64,000 nt of DNA from Kudoa neothunni (Eukaryota; Animalia; Cnidaria): contig OZ199838.1 of assembly GCA_964304625.1 (NCBI GenBank), positions 16,537,469-16,601,468 of the forward strand, in the 5' to 3' direction. Shown piece by piece: positions 13,917 to 26,977 of this stretch. A program made the position numbers and the translations under genes. The stretch's first letter is position 1. The number at the start of each line of letters is the position of its first letter. The notes beneath the pieces are model-generated. The model saw only the letters and a program-made list of their open reading frames with translations, had not been told where the DNA came from and searched no databases.

Positions 13917-16767
13917 AAAATATGCGTCATTATTTCGTCTCGGGTCCATATAAACTTAATTTTACTTACTGAATTAATTATCTTTAAAAGGAAAATGTTG
14001 AGAATAATATATTGTAATTTTGGTTCATTTTGCAATATAAGGAGTCAATCAGTCTCAAAAATACCCTTATAATGGATTGTCATATTGATTTTTTTCTGGT
14101 TCTGTTGAGTTAAACTTTAATATTTACTAATAAGGGAACATTTAAAAAAATTAGCACTTTATTATCTTCATAATCATAAATCCTTGGATTCGTTCAAATA
14201 TAAATAAAGTAAGGGTCACTGTTTTTGCTTAAATTCGATTTTAGTCGTCGTACTTTTGAAAAATTCATAATCCTTTGAAAAAGTTGAAATAATTAGTAAC
14301 CGGATATAAATTGATAGTTTTTTGTTGAATGGATCGACTTATAAAGAATGAATTATGAATTATACTGTAAATATTTCGAAGAAAAATTTTCTCAAAAAAT
14401 ACAATTTCCGAGGAAATGTAGTCAGAGAAACATAATTAATTAAAAAAGACGTCAAGACACTTCAACAGCTACGTTTTTAACCTTCCGAGTGTCCTTGAGG
14501 TCCAATGAACCCCAATGAATGTTTGAATCAATTTTAGAGGACCTGATTTTACAACAGTGACTTAAATATCATATCTATTCTCTTACTAATATAAGTTCTG
14601 TTAAAATATTACAGAAAATTTGAATTTTTACGTTCAGGTCACGAGGTAATCAAAATACTTACCACATTACATCTTTTGGGCTCCAATGGATTCCACGTTT
14701 TTTTTACCAAACAAAAAAAGAAAAATATGTTAAAACAATTTTGAGAATTGAATAAAATTTTATCGAGAAGAAGCAGAGATAATTTGAAAAAACGACGTGT
14801 ACCTAAAATACCTATCATTACCGACGAGCGAAATGCTGCCATACATGGTTCTTAGTGTAATATTTTGATGAAATTGAATCCGATATCAATGGTTTTTATG
14901 ATAACTTTTGATAATTTGACTATTAACGTCATTCCATTGTTTCTGAAGATAATAAATGCTGTCGAAATATATACGTAGATAAGGATGACGTTAATTGGTT
15001 TTCTGAGGAATTTCAAATAAATAAAAGCTCTAAAAAATATTTTTCAAAACCTTAAGGTTCCCGTTCCTACGTTTCAAACAGAATCAACTCCACAACTGAT
15101 ACACTCCTCATATTTTATGGCAAGTCTTTTTCTCAACTGTTATTTCATATACTAACAAGTTTGACAATTATAACTATTAGCATTGTTTGAAGACTTGGCA
15201 AACCAACAGTCATTGGCTTATATTGGAATCCCTGTCTATATGTTAATTTTCAGATCTAAATTATAATCATTCAAATTTCTTTGTCGCGAGTGATGCTGTT
15301 ATTGTTCAAGATCTCGAGACAGAAAAACGAGGAATTTTTTATGTTTGTAGAATCAATTGTAATAAAATCTATTCAAATGTTTTTTTCGTGGTATATTGTA
15401 ACATTAAAAACTAAAATAATATAAATATCTCGCATTTTATCTATTTGAAACAATATGTATTTCGGGTTTTATTGGGCGTGACTATTAAGAAATTAATTAT
15501 AGAGGGAACAATTTTTAAGTCTTCGTTAATGTGGAATGATATATATGTTCATTAAAACCCATTAAACTAAAAAATAATCCCCAGCCAAGTTTTACCGGAG
15601 GCAAAGATTGATAATCGCGCTCACACTAGAATTTCTTGTTATTTAGTCTTTTTGTAGGTTAAAAATGTTGCTATTTAATAAATTCATGTATTGTTCAATT
15701 ATATTATAGATTTTCTTACTTTTAATGTATAATTGATGTATTCAGATAGATCAGTTGACACGTAAACATATCTTTGCTTTTCTCAATGATGTGTTGTCAT
15801 TTGTTGTTTTGTGTGCTCATTATAAAATATGATAGTGTCTATTTGCACCAAGATGTCCAAACCTTGGATTTTCCCCCCAGATCTTGAGATTTTTCTTCTA
15901 AACTTGGCTTCTTTGGAGGTCTTTTCGCTTTAGGCCAACTCTTGGGTTTTTTTGATTATTTACAAAACTTTTAAATTATTGAATTCTTTGAGGTGAGTTT
16001 ATAAATAATAAATTTAAGAATTAGATAGAATAATCATAATTATTGTTTTAGTGATGGAGAGAATTAATATTATTCCAAATTCTAAAAAGATATCACGATC
16101 GTCGTCAACACGCTGTTTTCCGATTCTTGAATAATTATTATTTGAACAACTTTAATTATTATTCAGTGGTTGTATTTGGATATTTCAACGCTGTCTTAAA
16201 ATTTTCTAGTTTTTTTAATTACATATTTTGAAGTTACCGACGTATATTATTTTAAAATATGCGTGAAATTTCGAACGGAGATCAACAAAGAGGATGGGAT
16301 AATGTGTTCCAATCAAAATTGGTTAAAAGTAGACTTTAAATATTGGCTTGATTAATATGCTAAGTAGAGAAATTTCAGCTACTACAAATGTAGAACTAAT
16401 TTATTCATTAATGAACACAGTAAAAACAAAACAAACTAATTCATTAAAGGTTAAAACTGTAAAATGTAAACTCATCGCAAAGCAGTTGATCAGAAGAAAT
16501 AATAATACATGTTTAACGTCGCATCCAATAAATAAACTAATACATGATGTGAACAGCGGTGTTGTGAGACAACAATACCTTGAGAGCTCGTAAAATAAAT
16601 CAACCTTCCTAACTGAGGGTTGTGAGGATGTTGAAGACAATTCAATTGACGATAAAATTAGAAAACGCATTTAAAATAAAAATTTCTATTATTTTAATAA
16701 TATTATTGTATTTTCTTTGCAACGTTGGGTTTTTTCCGATAGTCTCATTGGACGCCCTGATTGGCAA

Positions 16768-18140
16768 CAGGGTTGCCAGAAGATTAGCGAAAAAATACCA
16801 AAAATTTTTGAAAAATGGACCAAAATAAAATAAAACTTACCAACAGCTAATCTGCAAGAAACAGAGATTAAGGAGGAAAAGCGTAGTTATTTAAAATGTT
16901 TTTAATCTATCTAAAATGAAATTGTTTCATTACAGTTATCTTCATAAAGGTTTGTCTCTATGAACGCTGTTACTAAATTTTCAGGCGGGTTCTATTTTGT
17001 ACAATCTGTATTATAAAATAAATCAAGCTATTTAACGTTTCGGTCTTCAATAATGATCTATTTTTCATTTTGTTTATGTTCAATTGGGAAAATATTCTTT
17101 CGGCAAAAGCAGAAGAATAAGGTAATGTGAGAAAACTCATCATTAGTTTTGAAATTAATGGATATTTAGGAACATCGCCAATTCTTTTTTCTGATAAATC
17201 GTATCAAAATTTTTCGGGGTCACTTATCGAAAAGAGATTTGAGTCTTCGAGAGTTAATTATCTCCATTCAATATCCACATTGGTGCAGTCTTCATCCGAT
17301 ATAAGATTGGGGAATCTTGCTCCAAGGGGTATGATACACTCATGCTTACCTTCATTTACGTTACTCAGATCAGTTGCCTCAAACAATTCAAGTTCTTTAA
17401 ATGAATTATTGTACAGAAATCGATAAAGTATTTAATTTATTATGTATGAATTCATTGTATATATGCAAGTCACTTTGGATCCACGTCAAATACTATCTAA
17501 TGGAAGATAATTTGAGTGGTTATTAATATTCCAGCTACCCATACTTTTTATGATTTCTCTCTTCATAAATAAGCTGAGAATGACTTTTACTGTAAAACTA
17601 ATTGAATTTTGTAGCTTGTGCAATCGAAAGGTTTCTGATTGGGATTCAAGATTAAGTTTGTTCATTACTAGGAGTATAAAGTTTAAGAATTCAAAATAAA
17701 TATGATTGACTGGTTTATTAAGTTTATGATTTATTAATTTCTCTGATTTAAAACCATTTCTTGATACTGCAGTAGCGAAAAACATTTTAAGTGCATTCCA
17801 TTGATCGGGTATTCTAGCGACGACTTGTTCGAGTGACAACCATCTCGTGCTACAAGAGAGTAATATCTTTCTAGGACAAATATCCATCATCTTTTGAAAT
17901 TCCTTGTATTCACTAAAACGTTTTGATCTATTCAAAACGTATGTGTAAATACTTATGGCTAAATTTTCCAACTCGTTGGGAAGTTGATGACAAACTTTAG
18001 AAGCACATACAAAATTTACTGAGTGACAAACGCAATCTTGCACGTAAAGCGAAGGAATAATTTGTTTCAGTAAACTCTGGACACCACTTTTGTTACCCAT
18101 CATAACATTTGCATTGTCACTGGAAAATCCGATAAGATTA
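16768..18140 (-). mobile_element. hAT transposon 3' part, degenerate transposase
   Basis: Minus strand reads GFSSDNANVMMG...CVCHSVN (CxxH motif), TRWLS, and the dimerisation motif LTLPYSSAFAERIFSQLN near 17080-17140. TIR-like cagggttgccaga at 16768. Confidence 0.88.
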
Positions 18141-18181
18141 TGAATGGAGATATTATTAATTTTAAAAAATTTTTATTAATA

Positions 18182-19970
18182 CAAAAATTCTCGTTATTGC
18201 GGGGTTTTTTGTGGTCAATTTGTTTAAATCAGATAGTGTTTTTTCATTGTGTCCTGTGATAAACGCAATATTTCAGAGAAAATGGAAATCATCCATTACT
18301 ATAATTCAATAAAAACGTTGAAGGGTTCTAAATCAATGACAATATCCAAGTTTAAATTGAGTGGTATAATAGTCTTCTATTTAATATTAATGTAAAATCA
18401 CATTTAAGGTCATTCAACACTTCAGAGAATTCTTTCGCACGAAGATAAATTCAAAAATATAGACGATGAAATGTATGATTGGTTTGTTAAACAACGGTGG
18501 AATGGTAACGTTCCGTCGGGAGATGCCATTATCAAAAAGGCTTCTTATATCGCAAATGAGAACAAAGTTTCCAATTTTAAGGCCACCAGGGGATGGCTTT
18601 CAGGGTTCAAGTCAAGATATTGGATAGTTTTCAAAAAGTTCCATGGCGAAGCTGCGAGTGTAGATAATGTATCTGTCGACTCGTGGATTATTGAAAACAT
18701 TGATTTGATTGGAGCATATAATCCAAAAGACGTTTTAACATCGACGAAACTGTTCTTTATTATGAGCAGTTACACAACATTGGTTATGTTTTAAAGGATG
18801 AAGTTCGAATATAAGGGAAAACATATCCAAAAAGGGTGACTGTTTTGCTGTCCTCAGCTTTAAGTGGGGATAAGTTCCCATTAGATGTTAGCGGGAAATT
18901 TCAAAATCCTAGATGTTTTAAAAGAGTCAAACACCTCCCATGTGAATATTATGCACAAAAAAGTGCATGCACGGATGACGTCTAGTATATTTATAGAAAT
19001 AATGAAAAAGTTTAACTGAAGGATGATAAATCAGAATAGAAAAGTCTTAATTTTATTGGATCAATGTCCAGGCCACCCAAAAAACATTGATTGATTTGAA
19101 AATATCAAATTTTTTTTCTTACCCAAAACTACAACTAATATTTAACAACCTCTTGATTCAGGTATCATTTGCTGCCTTAAAAGCAGGTACAAAAGTTCAA
19201 TGACCGAGCGAATGGTTTTATGCGAAGATTCTGTCATAGAAAAATATACATTGCTTGATTCAATGAAAACATTACCTAAATGTTGGGAGATTATTCAGCC
19301 GAAAATTATTTTTAATTGCATTAAAAAATCAATAATATTTAGAGGTATTAAATAAAATTACGATAATAATGTTATTATCAGTTTATAGACCAAGAAGATA
19401 TGAGAGAGATACCTCAAATCAGCAACTGTTCTCAAAGTGATATTTAACGTATACCAAATTAATTTTTTCTAGATGAAATCGAAGATTCAGAAAATATGTT
19501 TGATGACGATTATGAAGCAACATGTGAGGAAGAAAATAATGAGGACTTATTGTCCATAAGTGACGAATCTGATGATAGCGAGTCAATCATTGAAGACATC
19601 AAAATTTCAATTAATCAAATGAAAAATGCAGTGAACGTTCTGAGGGAAGCTTTTATTAAAGAAGATTCGACGGGATCGTTTGATTTACATCCCACAATGG
19701 ACCGAGTTTTAAAAATATCAAGAGAAAGATTCCGACAAAAATTACAAGATTTTTCGACAAAATTTGATAAATCACATTTCATTTCATTTAATTAAATAAT
19801 ATATTTATACATAAAAAATTGATTTTCACTAATTGGCATCGGACGTAAACACAAAAAAATCGTATTTTATAGTACAACGCGCACGCAAAGGACTGGATAT
19901 TGCGTAAAAACTTTTTGTTGCGTGGGTTTTTGTTGGTCTCAGAAACCCACGCAATATCCAATCTCGACTG
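18182..19970 (+). mobile_element. pogo/Tigger (CENP-B-like, DDE_1) transposon, degenerate, transposase with introns
   Basis: Motifs FKLSHSTLQRIL (after a 48-nt intron), FKATRGWLSGFKSR, HGEAASVD, NIDET, LLDQCPGHP and QPLDSGII, then an acidic tail. Right end ...atctcgactg-TA. Contains stops and frameshifts. Confidence 0.9.
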
Positions 19971-20142
19971 TATTTTCAACTGTCTAAAATTCTTCAGACA
20001 TATCATAAATCTCTTCTATTTCATACAATAAATTTTATTTTCTATTACTATTGGCTTTGATATGTGTTTTTAATTTCGCACACAATCAATTTCTTCTTTT
20101 GATGGAACTTTATCCTTATGTATCTACCTATCATCTATCTAT

Positions 20143-21018
20143 CAGGCACGTGGCGTCAGAGTAAGCAGCGCCTGCCTCAGAGTACAAAACAACAACAAAA
20201 ATTTTCGTATACAAATAGTTTTAATTTAATATTGTTATATTAATTTATCTTCTTATTTTGCATAAAAATTGAAAACTTAGATAATCTTTTGATAGCATAA
20301 GCACGGATTAGCGCTGCCCTCAGGCCACCCTTGTGACTCTACAGGCGCATCACAACCTAGCACGTATCGCATGTGCCAGTCAACACACGGGGTTCTGTTC
20401 TATTGACCCCTGGGATCATAATCTTCGCTGTCCCTCGAATACCTTCGATTCCATGTTCGAAATTAAAATGTGTTTACACTCTGATTGACAACTTTTATTC
20501 GTTTTTTTTCAGTTTCAAGTTAATAAATTTTTTATAAATTATTTATAGGAATACCAGATATTACACTTTACGGAATAAACCATTTTTAATGATTCAACTC
20601 TAACCGTTAATCCCTGGTTTGTTTACTTTAAAAATAACCGTAGGAATCATGAACAACAGTGAATATTTTAAAGCATTTTCAAAACTTTCGTACAAAGGAA
20701 AAATTAAAATTATTACTGATGGTAGACCTCCTCTAGAGCTTCCATAATTACAACAAAAGATAGATTGGATTACCAGAACATTCCAAACTATCTGGTACAA
20801 CAAAAAAGAATGGATATGTGGTTGTATCACAACAAATAGACTTTTTTTGGTTTTCATGCATGCTTTTCTCAGCATCCCTCGAAAGTGTCTGGGTGAATGA
20901 AGAGTATTATGACTTAAAAAACTTTTGACAGCTTCAAAACTCATGACGATCTAATATCTAATACTGGGGTAAAATCATTGAGTGCTTACTCAAAGCAACT
21001 ATCTACGCCATGTGCCTA
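20143..21018. mobile_element. Non-autonomous hAT-like element abutting the copy B promoter
   Basis: Terminal inverted repeats caggcacgtggcgt / acgccatgtgccta plus inverted gagtaagca / tgcttactc. Confidence 0.6.
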
Positions 21019-21029
21019 ATATATATAAC

Positions 21030-24000
21030 ATTGTATTTATTGATGTATTAAATCCTATTGTTATGCTCATATGAATACCAAGAGTTAAATCGAAATGTGC
21101 AGTATAATCTGATTTGCTCTCTGTACCACAAAATGAAAACTCAGTTAGTCACAGTTAGTTTATTAATTGCATTTTCATGTAGTTTATTTACATTATTTAT
21201 TTTATTAATTTCTTGTAGATATTAATATAAATACCGCTGCTGAAAATAATCCAGCAGCCCAAACTCCTACAAAAATACTGTCATATGACATTGTAGACGG
21301 CAAAATTCAATTGGTTTTGACTGGGTCAGATTATGTAACGGATTCAAAAAAATGTCTCATAAGAAGGGAGAAGAATGATGGAAGTGGATTTGATCACATA
21401 AGTACTTGTGAGGCGAGAGATAGCACTGGTGGGAATGACAGATGTGTACGGGATTGTGCGGGAAATGACAACACAATAGCTTTTGATGTGCTTTCACCTA
21501 GAACAAAATTTATTTATGTTTTTTCTGGAGCGGATGCTGGAACAATAAAAGATAGTAATACTGGTGGGGATGTTTTCGGACTTGCTATTCGTAATTGAAA
21601 TAAAATTGTTCTCTTTTAATTGGAAGTAGCGCTCTTGGTGAATCCAAAAATTGCGATATCCATAGACAGTGAAACAAAAAAATTACAGCTAGCAACTAAA
21701 ACATGTAAAACAGTTGCCTGTCCTATTGCTTATAAAGGTATTCAATACGCGGCCGGTACAATGGGAGACAATTGTGATTCTGATAACAGCAATAACAAAG
21801 TTGATTTTGACCTTATGATTCCTTACTATGAGATGATATGCACGAATTACCCGAGTTTCTTCTATCAAATGCCAAATCCGTACATGAAAGAAAATATTGA
21901 CATATACAAACCCCAATACTACGTTACTTACAAGAAAGGTGACACTGAAAAGAAAAAATATATTCTAAACTTCACCAACTCATTCCCTTCCGAAATTTGT
22001 TTATTCAGTATTAAAGACGCTTCGAGTGCTGCTACAGGATCTACAAAGAATTATGCATCAGTGTGCGGAGGAGGAACTGACAAAAAGTGTTTTGCACCTT
22101 GTGATAACGTTGAATTGACACTTGCTGTGTCCAAACCAATCGTTCAAATATTAATTCAGACTAGACATCATAATTTAGAAACAAGCAGTGGAGCCACTGA
22201 AGGATATGAAGACAAAAAATATGGTACGATTTTTGTTAAGAGAATGTAACTATTCATTTATTATAGCTATCGAAGAGCCTGCCGCTGCGAATACACTTTT
22301 TAGTGTGGAAACAACTGTAGGGATTACACTTAACCTATCTGCATATGATCTAGCTTCGATCGTACCAAAATTTGGTACGTGTTCATTAAAACATTTTCCT
22401 GCTGACAAAATCAGGAAAACCAATGGAGAAACAACAAAATGTACTGGCAGCACCGCGTGTGATACAGGATGTTCAACACCTTCGGTTATACAAGGGCTGG
22501 ACGCAGGAAGAGCTTACATCATTGAGATCACTCCAGGAAGCATAGAAAATCACACAGGCTTTAAAGAATACCTGTTTTTCAGAACAAGTAAGAGAAACAT
22601 TCATTGCACCTATTGAAATTTTCTTAGAAAAATTGGATACATCAAACTTCGCCACCACAGCACCCACACCAACTGACGTGACTGCTGAAATTAAAGCAGT
22701 TGATGGTGAAGTGGTAAAAACAGACGCAACAACTGAACCGACCTGTTCCTATTACGTCAGTATAAAAGATAAAAACACATTTGTAGAGGCAGAATGTGAA
22801 GACAGCAACCCATGTAGAGGATTCTGTAAAGACACTAAGAAATTGATGAATCTAAACCCCAAAACATACTATGATATTAAAGTTGTTTCACATAAAAACT
22901 ATGGAATCAAAATATTTAAAAATATTCAAACTAGTAAAAATAATTTTAATTTAAGCTAATATAAATTATATTTGTTAGCTTGGTCAACCATGACTCTTTC
23001 CCATAGATTCCTAGATAAAGGGTTTAAAGTGGCTGGAACTTTGACATCCGTTTATCCACAAGCAATATGTCACTATAAAATAAGAGAAAAAGACGGAGAG
23101 ACTCTACAAGATGTTTATTCCTGTCCAGAAGTTGTTCCTCCGTCGCCGCCGGTCGGTCCAGTCACTGAAGATATTGCTGCTCCTCCTTCACCTACTCAAA
23201 CTCAGGAAACGAACCAACCTACGCCGGTTAACAGTTCAAATTTGTCTAGAATAAAGATAGCAAGAGCAAGTAATGCAGAAGAAGAGAATTCGACATCCAC
23301 TGAACCCGCCATTACTCAATCTAAGTTTCCACCATGTAGCAAACCACCACTCTGCAGCAATATAATAATTAGTGATGGTTATGAGGCTAATAAAGAATAC
23401 CAAGTATTGGTGACGGCTGTAGGTCGTTCAGAGGAAGTTACAATCGATATTCCTAAAAGTACTATAACAAAATTAATATAGAAATTTTCTAAATTGTCAT
23501 ATAAATATAGATTCACTCCCAGAACCATCTCAGGATACAAACAAACAAATTACGGTAGTTATCGAGAGAGTAGGAGATACGTTAAAAATCACGTCATTGC
23601 TTCCAAAAGAAAAGGATGATAATTCAGTATGTCGATGGATACTGAGAGACATCACTGATGTTTCTCAACGAATAGTGAAAAAATGTGAATCGAGTAGAAG
23701 TAAAGTTTGCAGACTTCCAACTTGCAGATCATTCACTATTGAGGATGTAAGTGATACCAATGATTATCATTTAACACTTATTCACTCCCGAGATCCCAAT
23801 GTTAAAGGAATTGGAATAATAAAACGAGGTAACTAACAATTAATAGTAATATTAATTATTATTATAATCAATAATTTAGGAGAAACTTCGAATCAATCCA
23901 GGTAAAACTAATAAAATAATGTTTAATGTAATATATTTCTAGGGCGAGCACCTCAATGTATTAAATTTTGAGTTGATATGTTGGAATAAGTTTTCATTTA

Positions 24001-24766
24001 GGATTGTTGGAATCATTGTTCCAGTCGCTATTGTTATCGTAGGGGTTGGATTTTACTTTGGTTATATGAAGAATAAAGGATAACTTTGATTAACTCAGTT
24101 AAACATTTGGAACATTTACATTATTTCTTATTAGTTTATAATTTTATAGTTGAATATATTATAAATATTTGTAAATTTATTTACCAATAATTATCCATTT
24201 TATTTGTAATATTGCTAAATCAAGATGAAATTTCTACGGAAGATTTTAATTTTGAATTAATAATTCAAATATATATTTTTTAGCTAATTGGACAAAGTAT
24301 TATCAATCCTCCGTTGTTTTTACCTAGTTTTGAAGCGATCTGCATTGTATGCTTAGTTAAACCTATCCAGAAAAAATAGTTTATTGTATACGTCTATCTT
24401 TATTAGAAAATAACATTTTAACTGTATCTCCTCCATGATTTGTATGATAATCACATATAAATTAACCAATTAATTCATATATTTCTTCAGAATCAATATC
24501 TTTACATTTATATTCATATTGGTTCCCATTTACTTCTTTGAATATTTTAAAGCATTTATAATCTAAATTAAATGTTCTTAGTATAACCCAACCGAGTATC
24601 TACCGCGGAAAATGAGGTTCATTTTGACTACAATTTACTTTGAAGGTTTCAAACTGCACAAATTCACTGAAATAATAATTAAATATCTTAAAACATATTA
24701 TTAAGAGATTAATACATAATAGTTAAAATTTAAAAGTCTGATCCCTGTCGACAAGCAAATTTTTGA
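21030..24766 (+). repeat. Segmental duplication unit 2 (partner ~10186-13916)
   Basis: Direct by-eye alignment to unit 1. Confidence 0.9.
21133..24083 (+). CDS. Cys-rich FN3-like repeat type I membrane protein, copy B (10 exons, intact, ~850 aa)
   Basis: Nine GT-AG introns of about 39-52 nt join the ORF-track pieces 21311-23836 into one open frame. It has a signal peptide, modules ending in LSPRTKFIYV / LDAGRAYIIEI / LNPKTYYDIKV / YEANKEYQVLV / VSDTNDYHLTL, 22-nt and 15-nt micro-exons, a TM helix and the tail MKNKG*. Confidence 0.88.
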
Positions 24767-24996
24767 GCTTTTTAATGTAGTAAATCTGTGTTGTCTGATA
24801 TAAAGCACTTTGCAATTGTTTACTTAATTTTGTTTTCGGTGCATATCAGATATAAATATTTTGTATAATGTAATATGGTTTCGACTAAATGGCCCCTCAA
24901 AGTCTTTTTATTGAGTTTATGCGTTATTTATTCAAATGAACATTTTTATTTTTAATTCAATTTGTAATTATCTAAGTAATTAACGTTTCTATTGCA

Positions 24997-25281
24997 AAAG
25001 TTCCAATTTTTTACCAATATTTCTTTCTTCTTTCACAATATCGAACGTTCAAATGTGGAATTTAGCGAATTAATCGGATTAAAATTGAAAGTAACCACTG
25101 TCCGTCCAATAGCAAGACTCTGAATTTTACAAAAAATGCATTTTTTAAATGTTATTTCGTATTTTTAGGTATAGCACTAGAGTAGATTAAATACATCGAA
25201 AAATTTACAATGTTGGTTACAGAAATTTGATAAAAATGTCGACTACTCTATATCGAACCCCGCAATATCGAGACCTTACTG
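24997..25281 (-). mobile_element. pogo-like element 5' end, inverted copy of 37989-38260
   Basis: About 280 bp reverse-complement match, ending gagaccttactg-TA. Confidence 0.8.
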
Positions 25282-26977
25282 TATTTGTAACTTAATCCTA
25301 AAATCTGCCGTTGTATTTATATATTAAATATGATTTATGATGAAAAATAGATTCATTGTGGTAAATGTTCTAATATATTTTGATGTTACATTGCTAATAA
25401 AAGTTTTTTTGGGTTAATATAATTTTACATTTTATTATGTATTGGAAATAGAATATTAATGGGATATATCGCACATATTTTTAATTGTTCTAATCAAAAA
25501 AATGAATATAATCTAATATTTTTAATAAAATCTCTGAAGGCGGTCGACGAAAATAAGTTTGGATAGTTCTTCTCTAGAAGGAATTCATTTGTCAAAAATG
25601 GTGGCTATAAAGATGTACAAAAATAATTTATTATACGAATAAACATAAAAATTTAATGGTACATATGAAATTTATTTCCTGCATATAATAAGTGTTATAT
25701 TTTATGATCTCTAACTCGAATGACAATTCATCATACATTCCATTTCTTTTAGAAATACAAAATAATATGAGGAATAAAAATATGTAAAATTTTTTATATT
25801 AAAAATGATAGATTATGTTTTTATTTATCCAAGTTCTCAAAAATATGTGATAATTACGCTAGATTATTTGTGGACTCAGCATGGTTGCACTACCGAAAAT
25901 TTATTCTTCTTCAAACTTCCCAAAATATACGAAAATTAAGTTAAGTAAATAATAGATAATATGTAAAACGTTAATAAAATATATGCAGTAGTTTTAGAGA
26001 AATTCATTCCCCGAGATGTAGCCACTATCTTTCTTCAATATTTTTTGGGATTTAAGGTGCTCCGCCGAGCGCACGCGCAACATGGAACCAACCTAAGTAA
26101 ACGTTGAAAACAACTACCTCTAAGTATGAATGATTTGGGAAATATTAGCATTAATAACAGTACACTCATGGCTGTAATCCAAAAAACAATTTTTAAAAAA
26201 TAAAAAAGATATCCATACTTTAACTTGTAGAGGGATAAAAATCATTTTTTCTTTTAATAATTTTATATTTATCAAATAAAATATTTTAATATTGAACAGC
26301 TTTTTAATTTATGTTAAAACATAAAAAAATATGTGTTCCCTCTAATCCCCATTTTACAAATAATATTTTAAATATAAAGATTTATCAAAAAATTAAATAT
26401 TACGATAAATCCACTTTTATTTGGATGATTATGCAATTACGTTATATAAGAAATATAATCATTACTTAATCAATAGGTCTCAAATTAAATTACTCTATCC
26501 TCATCTAGGTCAATGTTTCTCAACTTTTTTAATAGAATTCCATGCCCATCTTTGTCAAAAGTATTGATTTTTAACTTAAATTATTTATAACTTTGAATAA
26601 AGTTTTCCGTCACATTAAAATTTCAAAGCGAAATATATATTTATATTTCTTTTTTCATTAAAATCAAAATGTAATCGATCAGATCTAATTTAATTTATCG
26701 ATGGGCCTTAAACATTAACGTCCATAGTTCCTCAATCCATCAAAACCAGCATCAAATGGAATTCGAGGTAATCCAACTCACATTAGGCAAGACTTTGATG
26801 TAATTGGGTGTATAAAACGGAAATAAATGATTTAAATAGAAAATTAATCAACACTTCATTAGGCCCAATCAGAAACAGGGAAGATAGCGATTATAAATGG
26901 GACAAGATTGGGATTAAAACCATCCCGATTCTGATTCTATTCAGGTAAAGACCACATTAAACTTTTTTGTTTATTTA

